Shown here: piece after piece, positions 42,342-56,850 of the stretch
Layout of the letters: each line of letters begins with the position of its first letter
Position numbering within the stretch: position 1 is the stretch's first letter
Assembly (NCBI GenBank): GCA_964016885.1
Contig: OZ024751.1
Span: 46,624,001-46,688,000, forward strand
Length of the DNA: 64,000 bases
Source: Eledone cirrhosa
Taxonomy: Eukaryota
Reading direction: 5' to 3'
Program-made: the position numbers and the translations under genes
The notes under the pieces: model-generated
Databases searched by the model: none
Told to the model about the DNA's origin: nothing
What the model saw: only the letters and a program-made list of their open reading frames with translations

Positions 42342-42432
42342 TGTGTGTGAAAGAGAGAGAGAGTGTGTGCGTGTGAGAGAGAGAGAGAGAGAGAGAGAGT
42401 GTGTGTGTGTGTGAGAGAGAGAGAGAAAGAGG

Positions 42433-42463
<31 letters not shown>

Positions 42464-42783
42464 GGTGTGTGTGTGTGAGAGAGACAGAGAGAGAGAGAGG
42501 GTGTGTGTGTGTGAGAGAGAGATGTTGATTTTTATCCTTACGGAGTCGATAAAATAAAGTACCAGTCACGTACTAGGGTTGATTTACTAGACTTTTCCTT
42601 CCCCCAAAATTGTTGGTATTGTTCCCTAATCAGAAACCACTACAGGTCTCCTCAAGTAGGGCTCAAGTGCTCAAAATCTATGGCAGCACTGAAACAAAAT
42701 CTATGGTAGCTCTGAAACAAAAAAGTAGCCCTATAATCAAACTAAAGTGGGTAGGGTGACAATAGACTAATCTGGCTCTTAAA

Positions 42784-42869
<86 letters not shown>

Positions 42870-43906
42870 TATACTCACATATACACATGCACATCCTTAC
42901 ACACACATAGATACGCACATCCACACATACATACACACATACACTCGCATACACACACATACATACACACGCATATACATACAATCACACACACACACAC
43001 ACACACACATACACGCATACTCACATATACACATGCATATCCTTGCACACACATACATACACACACACATACACACATACTCTCACATACACACATATAT
43101 ATGCACACATACATACACATATACACACAAACACACACATACACACACACACATATATATATACATATACACACAAACATACACATACACAGACACACAA
43201 ACACACACATACAAACACACACAAACGCACACAGGCACTCACATACACACACATGCACAAACACACACACAAACACACACATACACAAACGCACACGCAC
43301 ACACAGACACACACATACAAACACACACACAAACACACACATACACACACATACACATACACACACACACAAACGCACGCAAACACACACATACACACTA
43401 AACGCACACAAACGCACACACAGACACACACATACAAACACACACACAGACACACACAGACACACACATACACACACACATACACACGCATACAAACAAA
43501 CACACAGACCCACACACACACAAGACATGCTTCACATCTCACTCAACACACCCCTATCTTAACTAAACAAAAACCGAAGGAATGTTCTCGAGTTAAGATC
43601 CAAATCAAATGATTAACTTTATTCCAATGACTGCCAAGCTAATACTTGTATGATGTGTCATTCAATAGACAGAAATTTCTTATAAATGTGTGCGGGTATC
43701 GGAGCGGTATTCGGGGTGTTGCCAGGGTGGACAAATTTCGATGTAGTCAATACGTCCAGTTGGTACCAACTGTTTAAGCTCCTCATAGTTTCTCCCAGCA
43801 ATGTCAACTTTTCAGGACAATTTCAACAAAGTTGTTTTAACACTCGTTAAACAACTCATATAGACACACATTTTCTTTATCCACCCCTCCTCCGCTCTCT
43901 CACTTA

Positions 43907-43952
<46 letters not shown>

Positions 43953-44139
43953 CCCCTCTCTATCTCTCTATCTATCTATCTCCCCCCCTCTCTATCTATC
44001 TATCTATCTATCCCCCCTCTCTCTATCTATCCATCCATCTATCTGTCTGTCTAACTCTAAATCTCTCTCTTTACCACACATGCATTGAATCTTATATAGT
44101 CTCTCTCTTTCTATCTATCTATCTCCCCCCCTCTCTCTC

Positions 44140-44190
<51 letters not shown>

Positions 44191-44445
44191 CTATCCCTCT
44201 CCTTACCACACATACATTGATTCCTTTACACTCTCTTTCTCTCTTTCCTCCACCTCTCTCTTTTCTCTTTCTGTCTATCTACTTCTTTCTCTCTCCTTAC
44301 ACGCATTGAATCTTTTATATTCTCTCTCTCTCTCTCTTACCTCTCTCTCTGTTCCCTCTTCTCTCTGTTTCTCCCTCCCTCTCTCTATTCCCTTCTCTCT
44401 CTATCTCCCTCCTCTCCCTCTCTCTTCCCCCTCTCTCTATTCCCT

Positions 44446-44498
<53 letters not shown>

Positions 44499-45053
44499 TT
44501 CCCCCTCTCTCTGTCTCTCTCTGTTCCCTCCTCTCCCCCTACCTTCCCATTTTTACTTATTCACCAACGTACTTTTTATTCTTCTCATTTTCTTATTTCA
44601 TCCTCATATATTGATTATTATGCCCCTCTCTCTCTCCTCTCACTCTCCTCTCCCTCTCTCTCACTCTTTTGTTTCACCTTTTCTCTATCCCTCTCATCAT
44701 CATCATCATTATCAACTCCGTCTGTCCGTCTCTCTCACTCTCTCTCTCACACTCTCTCTCTCTCTCTCTCTCACACATACTCTCTCTCTCTCTCTCTCTC
44801 ACACACATACTCTCTCTCTCTCTCTCTCTCACACACACATACTCTCTCTCTCTCTCACACACATACTCTCTCTCTCTGTTTCTTTCCCACTCACTCCTCC
44901 TCCCCTTTCTTTGAGTATGTCATACACCCAGCAAACCCCCTCCCCTTTTAATTTCTCTCTATAATGGATATATCGATTGTTCGATCTGTCATTGTGTCCA
45001 TCTTCCTGTCTCCATCATTAAAACACACACACATACACACACATAAATATACG

Positions 45054-45085
<32 letters not shown>

Positions 45086-45658
45086 AATGAATTATATAAT
45101 ACACACATACACACACACACATACACACACACACATACACACACACACACACACAAGAAGACATTTGGCAGACACATATCTACATGCAGAAGCACACAGA
45201 CACAAATATACACACACACATAGACACACATACATAGACACATACACATAAATACACACACACATAGACACATGCACAAACACACGCAGTCGCATACACA
45301 AACAGACGCAGTCACATACACAAACACACGCACACACAAACACACACAAACACACACACACAGTAGAGAGCATATTCCTCCTTTATCATTCGTCTCCTCT
45401 CCCTACTCCTCTTCCCCAAACTCACTTCACATAACCACCTGTTGTTGTTGTTGTTGTGGTAGTGGTGGCGGTGGGTTGGATCTTTTCATTTATTTAATTC
45501 TCTTATGTGATAGTTCCACACTTCACCCCCCCCCCCCCACCCCCACATACACACACCTTCTCTCTCTCTCTCTCATTTACATATATACACTTGCACTCAT
45601 TTATTTATACACATTTATGTATGTAAGTATATGTATATGTTTATGTTTGAATATATAT

Positions 45659-45693
<35 letters not shown>

Positions 45694-45694
45694 C

Positions 45695-45787
<93 letters not shown>

Positions 45788-45796
45788 GTGTGCGTG

Positions 45797-45828
<32 letters not shown>

Positions 45829-45902
45829 CGTGTGCGTGTGCGTGCGTGTGCGTGTGTGTGTGTGTGTGCGTGTGTGTGCGTGTGTGTGCGTGTGTGTGCG
45901 TG

Positions 45903-45941
<39 letters not shown>

Positions 45942-45950
45942 GTGTGTTTG
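42277..45950. repeat. Mosaic of (GA), (CA), (CT), (CTAT) and (TG) simple repeats
   Basis: Directly visible. Confidence 0.9.
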
Positions 45951-46267
45951 TGTACATACGCAGTCAGTCCATTAGGAAGGGCATCTAGTCATAGAAACCA
46001 AGCCAGAATACAGATCCGTATAGAAAAATGTGAGCTCTGATTGGTCACATAAGGTGAGAACCTGTCTAACCCCCATGCACGTGGGGACAATGGACGTTAA
46101 TCGATGATGATGATGAGGATGATGATGTATATATACATATATACTCATCCATGTACATATGAATATATATATATTTAGCTTCTCGCTAAAACAATTTCTA
46201 TACCTTTCATTTATATATATATATATATATAGAAGTGGTAACACAACAGTTAGTTCACCATACCGAG

Positions 46268-46330
46268 AACAATTGTTTCACCTTAGCGGATCTTCAGCTG
46301 AAGATCCGCTAAGGTGAAAGAATGTTGTGT
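46268..46330. ncRNA. Back-to-back hammerhead cores folded about cag|ctg
   Basis: Minus strand: CUGAAGA-uCC(gcuaa)GGu-GAAAC-AAUU-GUU. Plus strand: the same core with a divergent stem III. Stem I is absent. Confidence 0.55.
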
Positions 46331-46402
46331 TACCAGTTCTACCTAACTCATCCCATTGACTAAGTGCTTTACCACTACGGATATTACCTTCCAGTGTTAT
46401 AC

Positions 46403-46436
<34 letters not shown>

Positions 46437-46480
46437 GTATGCATATATGTATATGTGTGTATGTATATATATATATATAT

Positions 46481-46814
46481 ATAATATAAGATCAAAAGAT
46501 GGTTAAAGGAGTTCCATGTATTTTATTATGCGCATTTCAAAAACAAACATCATCATGCAATAATATTTGTGTTTTCATCAGATAAAACAGGAGAACATGA
46601 TATGAAGGCTAAAAAACACTTGTGGATAGTGCAGTTTTAAATCAACATGTTGATTTAAAACTGCACTATCCACAAGTGTTTTTTAGCCTTCATATCATGT
46701 TCTCCTGTTTTATCTGATGAAAACACAAATATTATTGCATGATGATGTTTGTTTTTGAAATGCGCATAATAAAATACATGGAACTCCTTTAACCATCTTT
46801 TGATCTTATATTAT
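46481..46814. repeat. Perfect palindrome, 167-bp arms, no spacer, one HHR per arm
   Basis: Centre caaca|tgttg at 46647/46648; left flank is (TA)n. Confidence 0.93.
46708..46774 (+). ncRNA. Minimal type I hammerhead ribozyme (mirror copy on - strand at 46521-46587)
   Basis: UUUUAU-CUGAUGA-long stem II (CAAAUAUUAUU/GAUGAUGUUUG)-GAAA-UGCGCA-UA-AUAAAA; palindromic AUGCGCAU. Confidence 0.78.
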
Positions 46815-47399
46815 GTATACTCCAGTCCTACAAACTGTAGAGTGCTTCTTATCCGATATCTGCATTGCTTTATTGTACTACAATAAAACTCACCTCCTAC
46901 ATTATATATATATATACATACACATGTGTGTGTGTGTGTTTGTATATGTATATATATATATATATGTATATATGTATACATATATGCATATGTGCAAGTA
47001 GCTAATGATCAATGTATGTATGTTGTATGCATGTATCATATGTGCATATATACATCTTTCTGTGCATATATTAACGCAAATAAACTCGTTCATATCCCAA
47101 ACACTTAACATTATAGATGAATTTCTGTTGTTGATGATGTTGCTAGTGTTACTGGTGTTATTAATGAAGTTTGATGTTTTTGTTTAGCCCCAGGCTTGCT
47201 AGGGTCCATTTATCAGACGTGTGAGTAAATCCATTCCAGCCATGACAGTCCAGTCTTTACAAAGGGACCCTAAATTATGAATGATTTAGCTGATATTTCT
47301 AGCATGTTATGGGAGCACATAAAGACCCTTCTTTGGAGCTGCTGTTGTTCTTGTTGTCCATTTTTTAGCAACAAAGTCTCCCAAACCCTGCACTAGTTG

Positions 47400-47437
<38 letters not shown>

Positions 47438-47683
47438 ACAATACAAGCTTAAAAGGAAGCCATGATATAGTCCTCTGACCTGCTAGACATAGTAGCCAAA
47501 CTTTCCTTGAATCCATCCTAGCCATCTTAAATATGTGTGTTAAAACATACATTAGAAAATGTAGTGTTAGATATAGGGTGCATGACCGATAAGATGGGAT
47601 GGGCATGGTTGGATTATATTTGATGATAGGCCTACTCAGCAAGGTCTGACATGGGGTTAAACAGTGACAACAATGTCTAGAAA

Positions 47684-47872
47684 GCAGTGGATTGGCAGTA
47701 TCGGTAGAGGGCCGGACGCCATGCTTTGACGCATAGAGTTACGGCCCTTGCCATTCTGAGTTCAAATCCCGCCGAGGTTAACTTTGCCTTTCATCCTTAC
47801 GAGGTCGATAAAATAAAGTACCAGTAATACATTGGGGGTAATTGCTGGCCTTGTGCCAAAAGTAGAAACAAT
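47684..47872 (+). mobile_element. tRNA-derived SINE, near full length
   Basis: A/B boxes, core and tail present. Confidence 0.85.
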
Positions 47873-47897
47873 TATATATACATACATACATATATAT

Positions 47898-48495
47898 GGT
47901 GGCTGCCAACTCGTTTTCGAGTACGGCCACTACTTTATATCCATGTAGGAGAACCCCTACCAATGCGCTGAACGAGTGTGACTTTTTAGTCCAGCCAGCG
48001 ACTTGAAAACTCTGGTACAAACACTACACCTGTGACAATTATTGACACATAGTGCTGGGCCCATGTACCATGTGACGACAAGTGCAGAGAGATCAGAGAT
48101 CTCCAGATACAAAGCAATGCCTGTGCCGTGAAGCTTTTATAGTGAGCAAAGGCACTGCACAAAGCCAGTCCCACTCTCTTAACCAAGATAATATTTACCA
48201 AAAAGAAGAACAAGTCAACATCATTGGATACCATCAGGGTTGCAGGTGTTATATCAGAGTTTTCCTTCTCCTAGAATTCTGCCTTGACAAAGGCTAAGGG
48301 GTCATCTCTCCCAGTGATTTTGGATGGCCATTGACTCTAAAGTTGGTGCTACTGGTAACATGTATCCCAGTACAACCTGTCTCATGGTCGGGTCGTTGGC
48401 GACTAAACTGGCAACCCCACCAAGGTTTCTTGGTGAGGAGGGTGACTTTGGACATCCTGCAGGACTAAAAACAAAACCTGTCAAAGGGCAAAGGA
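47898..48495 (-). mobile_element. RTE-derived element with its 5' segment inverted
   Basis: 47898-48338 is the minus-strand 3' part; 48341-48495 is the 5' part in plus orientation. Confidence 0.82.
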
Positions 48496-48543
48496 ACATA
48501 CATATATATATATACATGCATACATACATACCTACACACACAG

Positions 48544-48574
<31 letters not shown>

Positions 48575-48585
48575 CATACATACAT

Positions 48586-48652
<67 letters not shown>

Positions 48653-48724
48653 TATATATATACATACATACACACATACACACACGCACACACACATATA
48701 TATATACATACATACACACACACC

Positions 48725-48795
<71 letters not shown>

Positions 48796-48809
48796 ATAAA
48801 TATATACAT

Positions 48810-48877
<68 letters not shown>

Positions 48878-48953
48878 ATATATATATAAATGGGTCTTAG
48901 TGGTAGTGATGGTGATTATACTATATCATATACATATATATATATACATACAT

Positions 48954-48987
<34 letters not shown>

Positions 48988-49280
48988 GTATATATATATT
49001 TTTTATATATATATATATACATACATACACATATATATATATATGTATATATATGTATATATATATTTTTTATATATATACATACATACATACACACACA
49101 CACACATATATATATATGTATATATATATATATGGGTCTTAGTGGTAGTGATGGTGATTATACTATATCATATATATATATATATTTATACATACATTTA
49201 AATGCGTATATGTAAGTATATACAAACTATTTATAGACACATATATATATATAATATAGTTTAACCACCACCAATAAGAC

Positions 49281-49337
<57 letters not shown>

Positions 49338-49419
49338 GGTGTGTGTATATATATATATATACACGTGCAATTCTAACATCCTCACCACCAGTTTTACTGC
49401 ACTCAATACAGACTCCAAT

Positions 49420-49449
49420 AGTAGCAGTAGTAGTAGTAGTAGTAGTAGT

Positions 49450-49480
<31 letters not shown>

Positions 49481-49481
49481 A

Positions 49482-49512
<31 letters not shown>

Positions 49513-49643
49513 TCTACTACGACTGCTGCTACTTTTAGTATTTCTACTGCAATATTCAATACTACCACCACCACCAACACAACTATCGCCATTCCCACCA
49601 CCACTGCCATTACTACTAGCACCATTTACACCACCACCACCAT

Positions 49644-49688
<45 letters not shown>

Positions 49689-49710
49689 CACACCACAATA
49701 CCACCACCAT

Positions 49711-49783
<73 letters not shown>

Positions 49784-49843
49784 GCCACCACCACTATCAC
49801 CACCACTACTATCACCACCACCACCACCACTGCCACTACTACG

Positions 49844-49902
<59 letters not shown>

Positions 49903-50000
49903 CACTACTACCACCACCACCACCACCACCACCATTACTACTACTGCCACCACCACCACAATACCACCACTGCCACTGCCACTACCAGTAACAACAACAA
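49420..50000. repeat. (TAG)n followed by (CTA)/(CAC)n triplet arrays
   Basis: Directly visible. Confidence 0.93.
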
Positions 50001-50231
50001 TACCTTACTCCACTATACACCATACATACTAGTCTCAGACAGCTCCATCTGTCAACAGTTGTTTGATATACAGGGTTACCAATAGGTGGCGCTTTCGAGA
50101 CACAGTGGAACGGGAAACCCTGACTTTTAAACATTTTTTTATATCCAAACGCCATTTTTTAGATTCAGACAGACACACAAACACCGACATATATATATTG
50201 TATATGGACGTATATATATAAATATACACAT

Positions 50232-50268
<37 letters not shown>

Positions 50269-50339
50269 CAAACACACATACATATATATACACACATATA
50301 TATATATACAAATATACATATATATACAAACATACATAC

Positions 50340-50452
<113 letters not shown>

Positions 50453-50897
50453 TTTATATATATACAAACATACATATACATATATATATATTTATATACA
50501 TATGTTTTGTTGACGGGTCTATATATATATATGTATATATATATGTTTGTTTTAAAAACTACAACTACAACAACAACAACAACAACTACCAGAATGGATC
50601 TGAAAACTAGAAAACGTAACATTCCGGATTACCACGTCATGGCGAATACGACACTAATCTAATCTCTTGGATTTTACCGTTTTGTTTTGTCTTTTGTTTA
50701 CCGTTTACAAATATTTATATATAGGTATATATTTATTTTGTTTCAATTTTATTTTGTTATTGTATTTAGATATGTAATAATCTAGATGTATATTGACATA
50801 TGTATGATATATAGATATGAGTTTACTCTAATGCTAATGTATATATGATTATGTTTACACACACATATATATACACATACATACACATATATATATG

Positions 50898-50956
<59 letters not shown>

Positions 50957-50985
50957 GATATATTTATAATATACACACATATATA

Positions 50986-51078
<93 letters not shown>

Positions 51079-51351
51079 GATATATTTATAATATACACAC
51101 ACATATATATATATATATATATGTATATATGATATATTTATAATATACACACATATATATTCATATATCTATAATATATATAGATATGTATATATAATAT
51201 ATTTATAATATACACACATATATATACTCATATATTTATATTATAAATATATATATATATATATGCAAAGTTTTATTTAAATTGTTGGGTTAACAACGAG
51301 TAAATATTTATAACTGATATAAAAGCACTCAACAAGTATTTGGAGTATATT

Positions 51352-51697
51352 TACGATATTAAATAAATGGAAACTATATTTATAAAACCATATTTATTTC
51401 ATTATATATATTTCAGGGATATCATATTAAAAATATGTTATGCCTTCTTCAGACAAAATACAATATAAACAGTCTTATAAATAGATAGATTCGACATACC
51501 TTTCAACTTCGACATACCTTTCAACTTCGACTTCTATTTGAAAAGTTGATTTGGTAGTCGAATCTATCTATTTATAAGACTGTTTATATTGTATTTTGTC
51601 TGAAGAAGGCATAACATATTTTTAATATGATATCCCTGAAATATATATAATGAAATAAATATGGTTTTATAAATATAGTTTCCATTTATTTAATATC

Positions 51698-51700
<3 letters not shown>
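51352..51700. repeat. Inverted repeat, 144-bp arms, 61-bp spacer, one HHR per arm
   Basis: 51352-51495 is the reverse complement of 51557-51700; the spacer has a short tandem ttcgacatacctttcaac. Confidence 0.92.
51594..51655 (+). ncRNA. Minimal type I hammerhead ribozyme (mirror copy on - strand at 51397-51458)
   Basis: UUUUGU-CUGAAGA-AGG..CAUAUU(uuu)AAUAUG..CCU-GAAA-UAUAUA-UA-AUGAAA. Confidence 0.75.
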
Positions 51701-51776
<76 letters not shown>

Positions 51777-51806
51777 ATATATATGTATATATAATATATT
51801 TATAAT

Positions 51807-51841
<35 letters not shown>

Positions 51842-51858
51842 AATATATATTCTGGCAG

Positions 51859-51916
51859 AAGTTCGGGAGAAAAATCTGGTGAAAGAAATCGAACGACAGT
51901 TGGCCAATATTTTCGG
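51859..51916 (+). CDS. Myosin exon at end of loop 2: SSGEKSGERNRTTVGQYFR
   Basis: ggcag acceptor, gtaagt donor, phase 2-0. TTVGQYFR corresponds to myosin III 'QTVASYFR'. Confidence 0.85.
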
Positions 51917-52174
51917 GTAAGTCAGTCACGGATATATTTTATTGAAAACTAATCGATCGGTATGTTTTTATTGTTATTATTGATGATTTGTTTTATTCAA
52001 TAGGACTCCCTTCCGACAATATTTAGAAAATAATTCCCCCTCACCGCTCACCACCATAGACACCCTTCATGGAGTCACTGTCACATACACTCCTCATCGA
52101 CAATATTCGTGGAACCACATGCCCCAAACCCCTTACCCTTCATCGACACCCTTCATGAAACCATTCACCTCTCG

Positions 52175-52925
52175 ACACCCTTTCATGGAATCCTTCACCC
52201 TCAGCACTCACCCTGTCATGGAATCCTTCACCCCCCAGCCCTCACTCTGTCATGGAATCATTCACCCCCCAGCCCTCACCCTTTCATGAAATCCTTCACC
52301 CGACAGCCCTCACCCTTTCATGAAATCATTCACCCCACAGCCCTCACCCTTTCATGAAATCCTTCACCCGACAGCCCTCACCCTTTCATGAAATCCTTCA
52401 CCCGACAGCCCTCACCCTTTCATGAAATCATTCACCCCACAGCCCTCACCCTTTCATGAAATCCTTCACCCGACAGCCCTCACCCTTTCATGAAATCCTT
52501 CACCCGACAGCACTCATCCTTTCATGAAATCCTTCACCCCACAGCCCTCACCCTTTCATGAAATCCTTCACCCGACAGCCCTCACCCTTTCATGAAATCC
52601 TTCACCCGACAGCCCTCATCCTTTCATGAAATCCTTCACCCCACAGCCCTCACCCTTTCATGAAATCCTTCACCCGACAGCCCTCATCCTTTCATGAAAT
52701 CCTTCACCCCACAGCCCTCACCCTTTCATGAAATCCTTCACCCCACAGTCCTCACCCTTGATGGAATCCTTCGCCCTTCTTCGTCACCCTTTCATTGAAA
52801 CCTTCACCCACAGCCCTCACCCTGCAATTGTCACCATTTCATGGAATCCTTCACCCCACAGCCCTCACCCTTTCATAGAACCCTTCACCCCACAGCCCTC
52901 ACCCTTTCATAGAACTCTTCACCCC
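52175..52925. repeat. 34-bp minisatellite (caccc(g/c)acagccctcaccctttcatgaaatcctt)
   Basis: Period 34 (52321/52355), with degenerate edges. Confidence 0.92.
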
Positions 52926-53279
52926 TCCTCGACACACTTTTATGGAATCGATTACCTCACACCCTTATTGACAGACACAATTATAAAAACAAATAACCAA
53001 GGTAATACTATATATCAGTAAACGGAATATGAAATACACCAAACAATAAAACCTAATTTATAGTAATAAACATAAACCAGTTATGATATGAGCCAACCAG
53101 TTGTATGTAATGGTAGATTTTGAGGTAGTTTATTATAGACTTTATATAATTGTCAGATTTTGACCAGAATGTTCAATAAATACCTGGATAAATACCCGAA
53201 TATTCGATAAATAACTGGATAGTACCATTACACCCCCGGGTCGACATCTATCACCTTAGGAACTCCAGAAAGAACCTTC

Positions 53280-53343
<64 letters not shown>

Positions 53344-53483
53344 CCAATCTCTCTCCCCCTCTTTCTCACCATCTCTCTCTGAATATTTAGGGTGAAACCA
53401 GAAATGGTTTGCTTATACTTTTAGTTTGTGCTAATGACACACACACATATATATTAAAATTGACAAGGGCGCTGTATGTATGT

Positions 53484-53574
<91 letters not shown>

Positions 53575-53606
53575 ATATATATATATACACATCACACATA
53601 CATGTA

Positions 53607-53685
<79 letters not shown>

Positions 53686-53691
<6 letters not shown>

Positions 53692-53814
53692 CCAATAAGC
53701 AACACACGCACCACTGGTGCGTGTGTTGCTTATTGGCAACATTATATATATATATATATGTTGCCAATAAGCAACACACGCACCACTGGTGCGTGTGTTT
53801 CTTATTGGCAACAT
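53686..53814. repeat. 57-bp palindrome, two copies separated by (TA)n
   Basis: atgttgccaataagcaacacacgcacca-c-tggtgcgtgtgttgcttattggcaacat at 53686 and 53758. Confidence 0.92.
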
Positions 53815-54494
53815 GACCCTCCCAAAGTATAACAATATATATATATGTTTGTCTGTGTGCATGTGTGTGTGATTGAAATGCCCAAGTTAAAAATGCAATG
53901 TAGTAGTAGTAGTGGTAGTAGTAGTAGTAGTGGTAGTGGTAGTAGTAGTAGTAGTAGTAGTAGTAAGAAAATATAAGTTAAAGACTTCTCGCATTATCAA
54001 CTTGATTTTTTTTTATATCTTTATTTCGTTTGTTTGATTGTTGTTGTTATTTTTGTTGTTTTCTCTCTATAATCCCATAAAATAAATTTTATGAGAAATG
54101 AGGAAGTTATTTCCCATTGGTCTGAGAATGTTTGAATTTACCTCATCTAGCGACCATTTATAGATATAAGTAGTGTGATAATGTAGCACCAGTTGTGGGC
54201 CCTCTTTCTTCTTTTTATCTTTCCCCTTACGATGTTTCTATCGTAAGAGAGACCTTTTATCAAATAAAACAGACAACATGGTTGTGTGAACATAAATAAA
54301 CAAAAATCTTGTTCGAATTGAAGTAATTAGTATTAAGAACGGTAGACAAAGTATTATGTATGTATGAACACGTAACGCCTGATGGAGTCGTAGGGGCACT
54401 GTAGTAGCATACAGCCTTTCTTGAGCTTGTTTTTTTTAAATCCTGCCAGAGCTCATCTCTTCTCCAGGTCTGAACACAGCCTATTTCTTCCTGC

Positions 54495-54529
<35 letters not shown>

Positions 54530-54752
54530 GCGGACAGAGAGAGACAGAGAGATAGATAGGCAGACAGAAAGAGACAGAGTGAGAAAGAGAGAGACAGACA
54601 GAGAGAGACAGAGAGATAGAGAGGCAGACAGAGGGAGACAGAGAGAGAGAGAGAGGCAGACAGAGAGAGAGAAAGGTAGACAGAGAGAGAGAGTACCAGT
54701 AATGTACTGGGTAATTTGCTGGCCTTGTGCCTAAAGTAGAAACAATTATTAT

Positions 54753-54828
54753 CAATGTGTTCCAAAAAAATGTATATGTCTTTTGATAAGAATGCTGTTG
54801 AAGTGTGAATACATTTTTTGGGACACCC

Positions 54829-54830
<2 letters not shown>
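54753..54830. mobile_element. Tiny Tc1/mariner-type MITE remnant
   Basis: Imperfect TIRs caatgtgttccaaaaaaatgtat and atacattttttgggacaccctg. Confidence 0.5.
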
Positions 54831-54899
<69 letters not shown>

Positions 54900-55779
54900 A
54901 AATAGAAGAAATTAGAAAGAGATATAGGCAAAAAAATTGACACCAGTACTAGACTGGTATTTATTTTTATCGACCTCGAAAGGATAAAAGGCAAAGTTGA
55001 CTTTGGTGGGATTTGAACTCCGAGAGCAAAGAGCCGGTACGGATACTACAAAGCATTTTCTTCGACGTTCTAATGAATCCGCCAATTCGATGCTTAACGG
55101 TAGATAATGCAGAGCGGTTAATTTACAGATTTGTTAGAGTGTAGGTCCTACACTTTAGGATAAAGTGCCTTGCAGTAATAGTTACAGCTGTCGGTATTTC
55201 AGCTCTATATTTCGATGAAATAAATGGCTAGTTAAGGGTGGTGGATTCGGCAGAATTATTAGAGCGTCGCATGTGATTCTTAGTGGATTATAACCCACTC
55301 CCCCGGTCCTTAGTGTCCTGAGATCTTTGGACGGTAGATTTAATACGCTATTCAGTTTTACACCAGTATATTATCCTTAGTTACCTTCAGTAGAGTTTCA
55401 TGTCTCCAGTTTGAGAAGAACCCACTCCAATTCTTTTCCATTCGTCTCGGAAATCTTGGAATGTACACGTGTCTTTGGAATACTTAGCCACTTAATCGTT
55501 AACTTCATTAACAGGCTCTTGATTGAATAAACTGAAACTTCTCGTCATTGGAAACAACGGAGGTTCAACAGCAATCTAGAGTATCATTTCCTTTCCCAAA
55601 TCTGTTGAGTGTAATATGAGGAAGATTTAACTACTCTTTCTAGCCGATTAACCAACGAGAAAGATCAACGTAAAGACTCGCTCCCCACAAACAAATTTGG
55701 AAATAAATACTTCAGAGCATATTTGTGTCTTCCCCTGGCGGTCTCAATTCATTTCAAGATCAACGGTCCTGACCTTCTT

Positions 55780-56188
55780 GTTATAACAAGTACCAGTTAT
55801 ATTAGGTGACTGATGGATGTTATAACAAGTACCAGTTATATAAGGTGACTGATGGATGTTATAACAAGTACCAGTTATATAAGGTGACTGATGGATGTTA
55901 GAACAAGTACCAGTTATATTAGGTGACTGATGGATGTTATAACAAGTACCAGTTATATAAGGTGACTGATGGATGTTAGAACAAGTACCAGTTATATTAG
56001 GTGACTGATGGATGTTAGAACAAGTACCAGTTATATTAGGTGACTGATGGATGTTATAACAAGTACCAGTTATATTAGGTGACTGATGGATGTTATAACA
56101 AGTACCAGTTATATTAGGTGACTGATGGATGTTAGAACAAGTACCAGTTATATTAGGTGACTGATGGATGTTAGAACAAGTACCAGTA
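55780..56188. repeat. 39-bp minisatellite, about 10.5 copies
   Basis: Unit gttaKaacaagtaccagttatatWaggtgactgatggat. Confidence 0.95.
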
Positions 56189-56850
56189 ACAAAATGTGTC
56201 TGATGAAATGCTCTATGCCGCCCTTCTTACACAAAATGTCACCGTATCTAAGGAAAAACAAAATCAGATTTTGTTCGATGTAGCTCCTCTTCGTCTCTCT
56301 CTACACACAAACACACACAAACACACCACACAAACACACCACACAAACACACCACTCAAACACATCACACAAAGATACACATACAAACATACAAACCCAA
56401 ACACACACATACAAACATATAAACCCAAACACACACACAAACAAACACACAAACATCATCGTATTCCATTTCCTAATCAGAAGATATGTTTACTTTATTA
56501 TAAACTAAATAAACTAGACAGATACTATCAAAAAGAAAACTTTCTCTACTAATTTGACTTTTACATCTACCTACATACCTGGTTAATATGACTATATTTT
56601 ATACTACTAACTTCCATATATACATATCTTGTTAGTATTTGACTGTATTTTAAACTGCTGACGTTTATATCTATCTACTATCTGGTCAATTTTTATAAAT
56701 ATCTACATATCTGGTTAGTAATTTATTATTTTTTATACTAATAACGTTTTATATCTACCCCCTTATCTAGTTAGTATCTTACTATATATATTATACTACT
56801 AATCTTTATATCTACATATCTGGTCAGTATTTGGCTATATATTACACTGA

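Noticed and set aside
52004-52033. Candidate exon starting DSL after the 51916 donor
   Set aside because: Stop after 9 codons; the real continuation is at 58029.
55780-56188. 39-bp repeat containing ctgatgga...gaa as tandem hammerheads
   Set aside because: Core is CUGAUGG, with no stem II and no GAAA.
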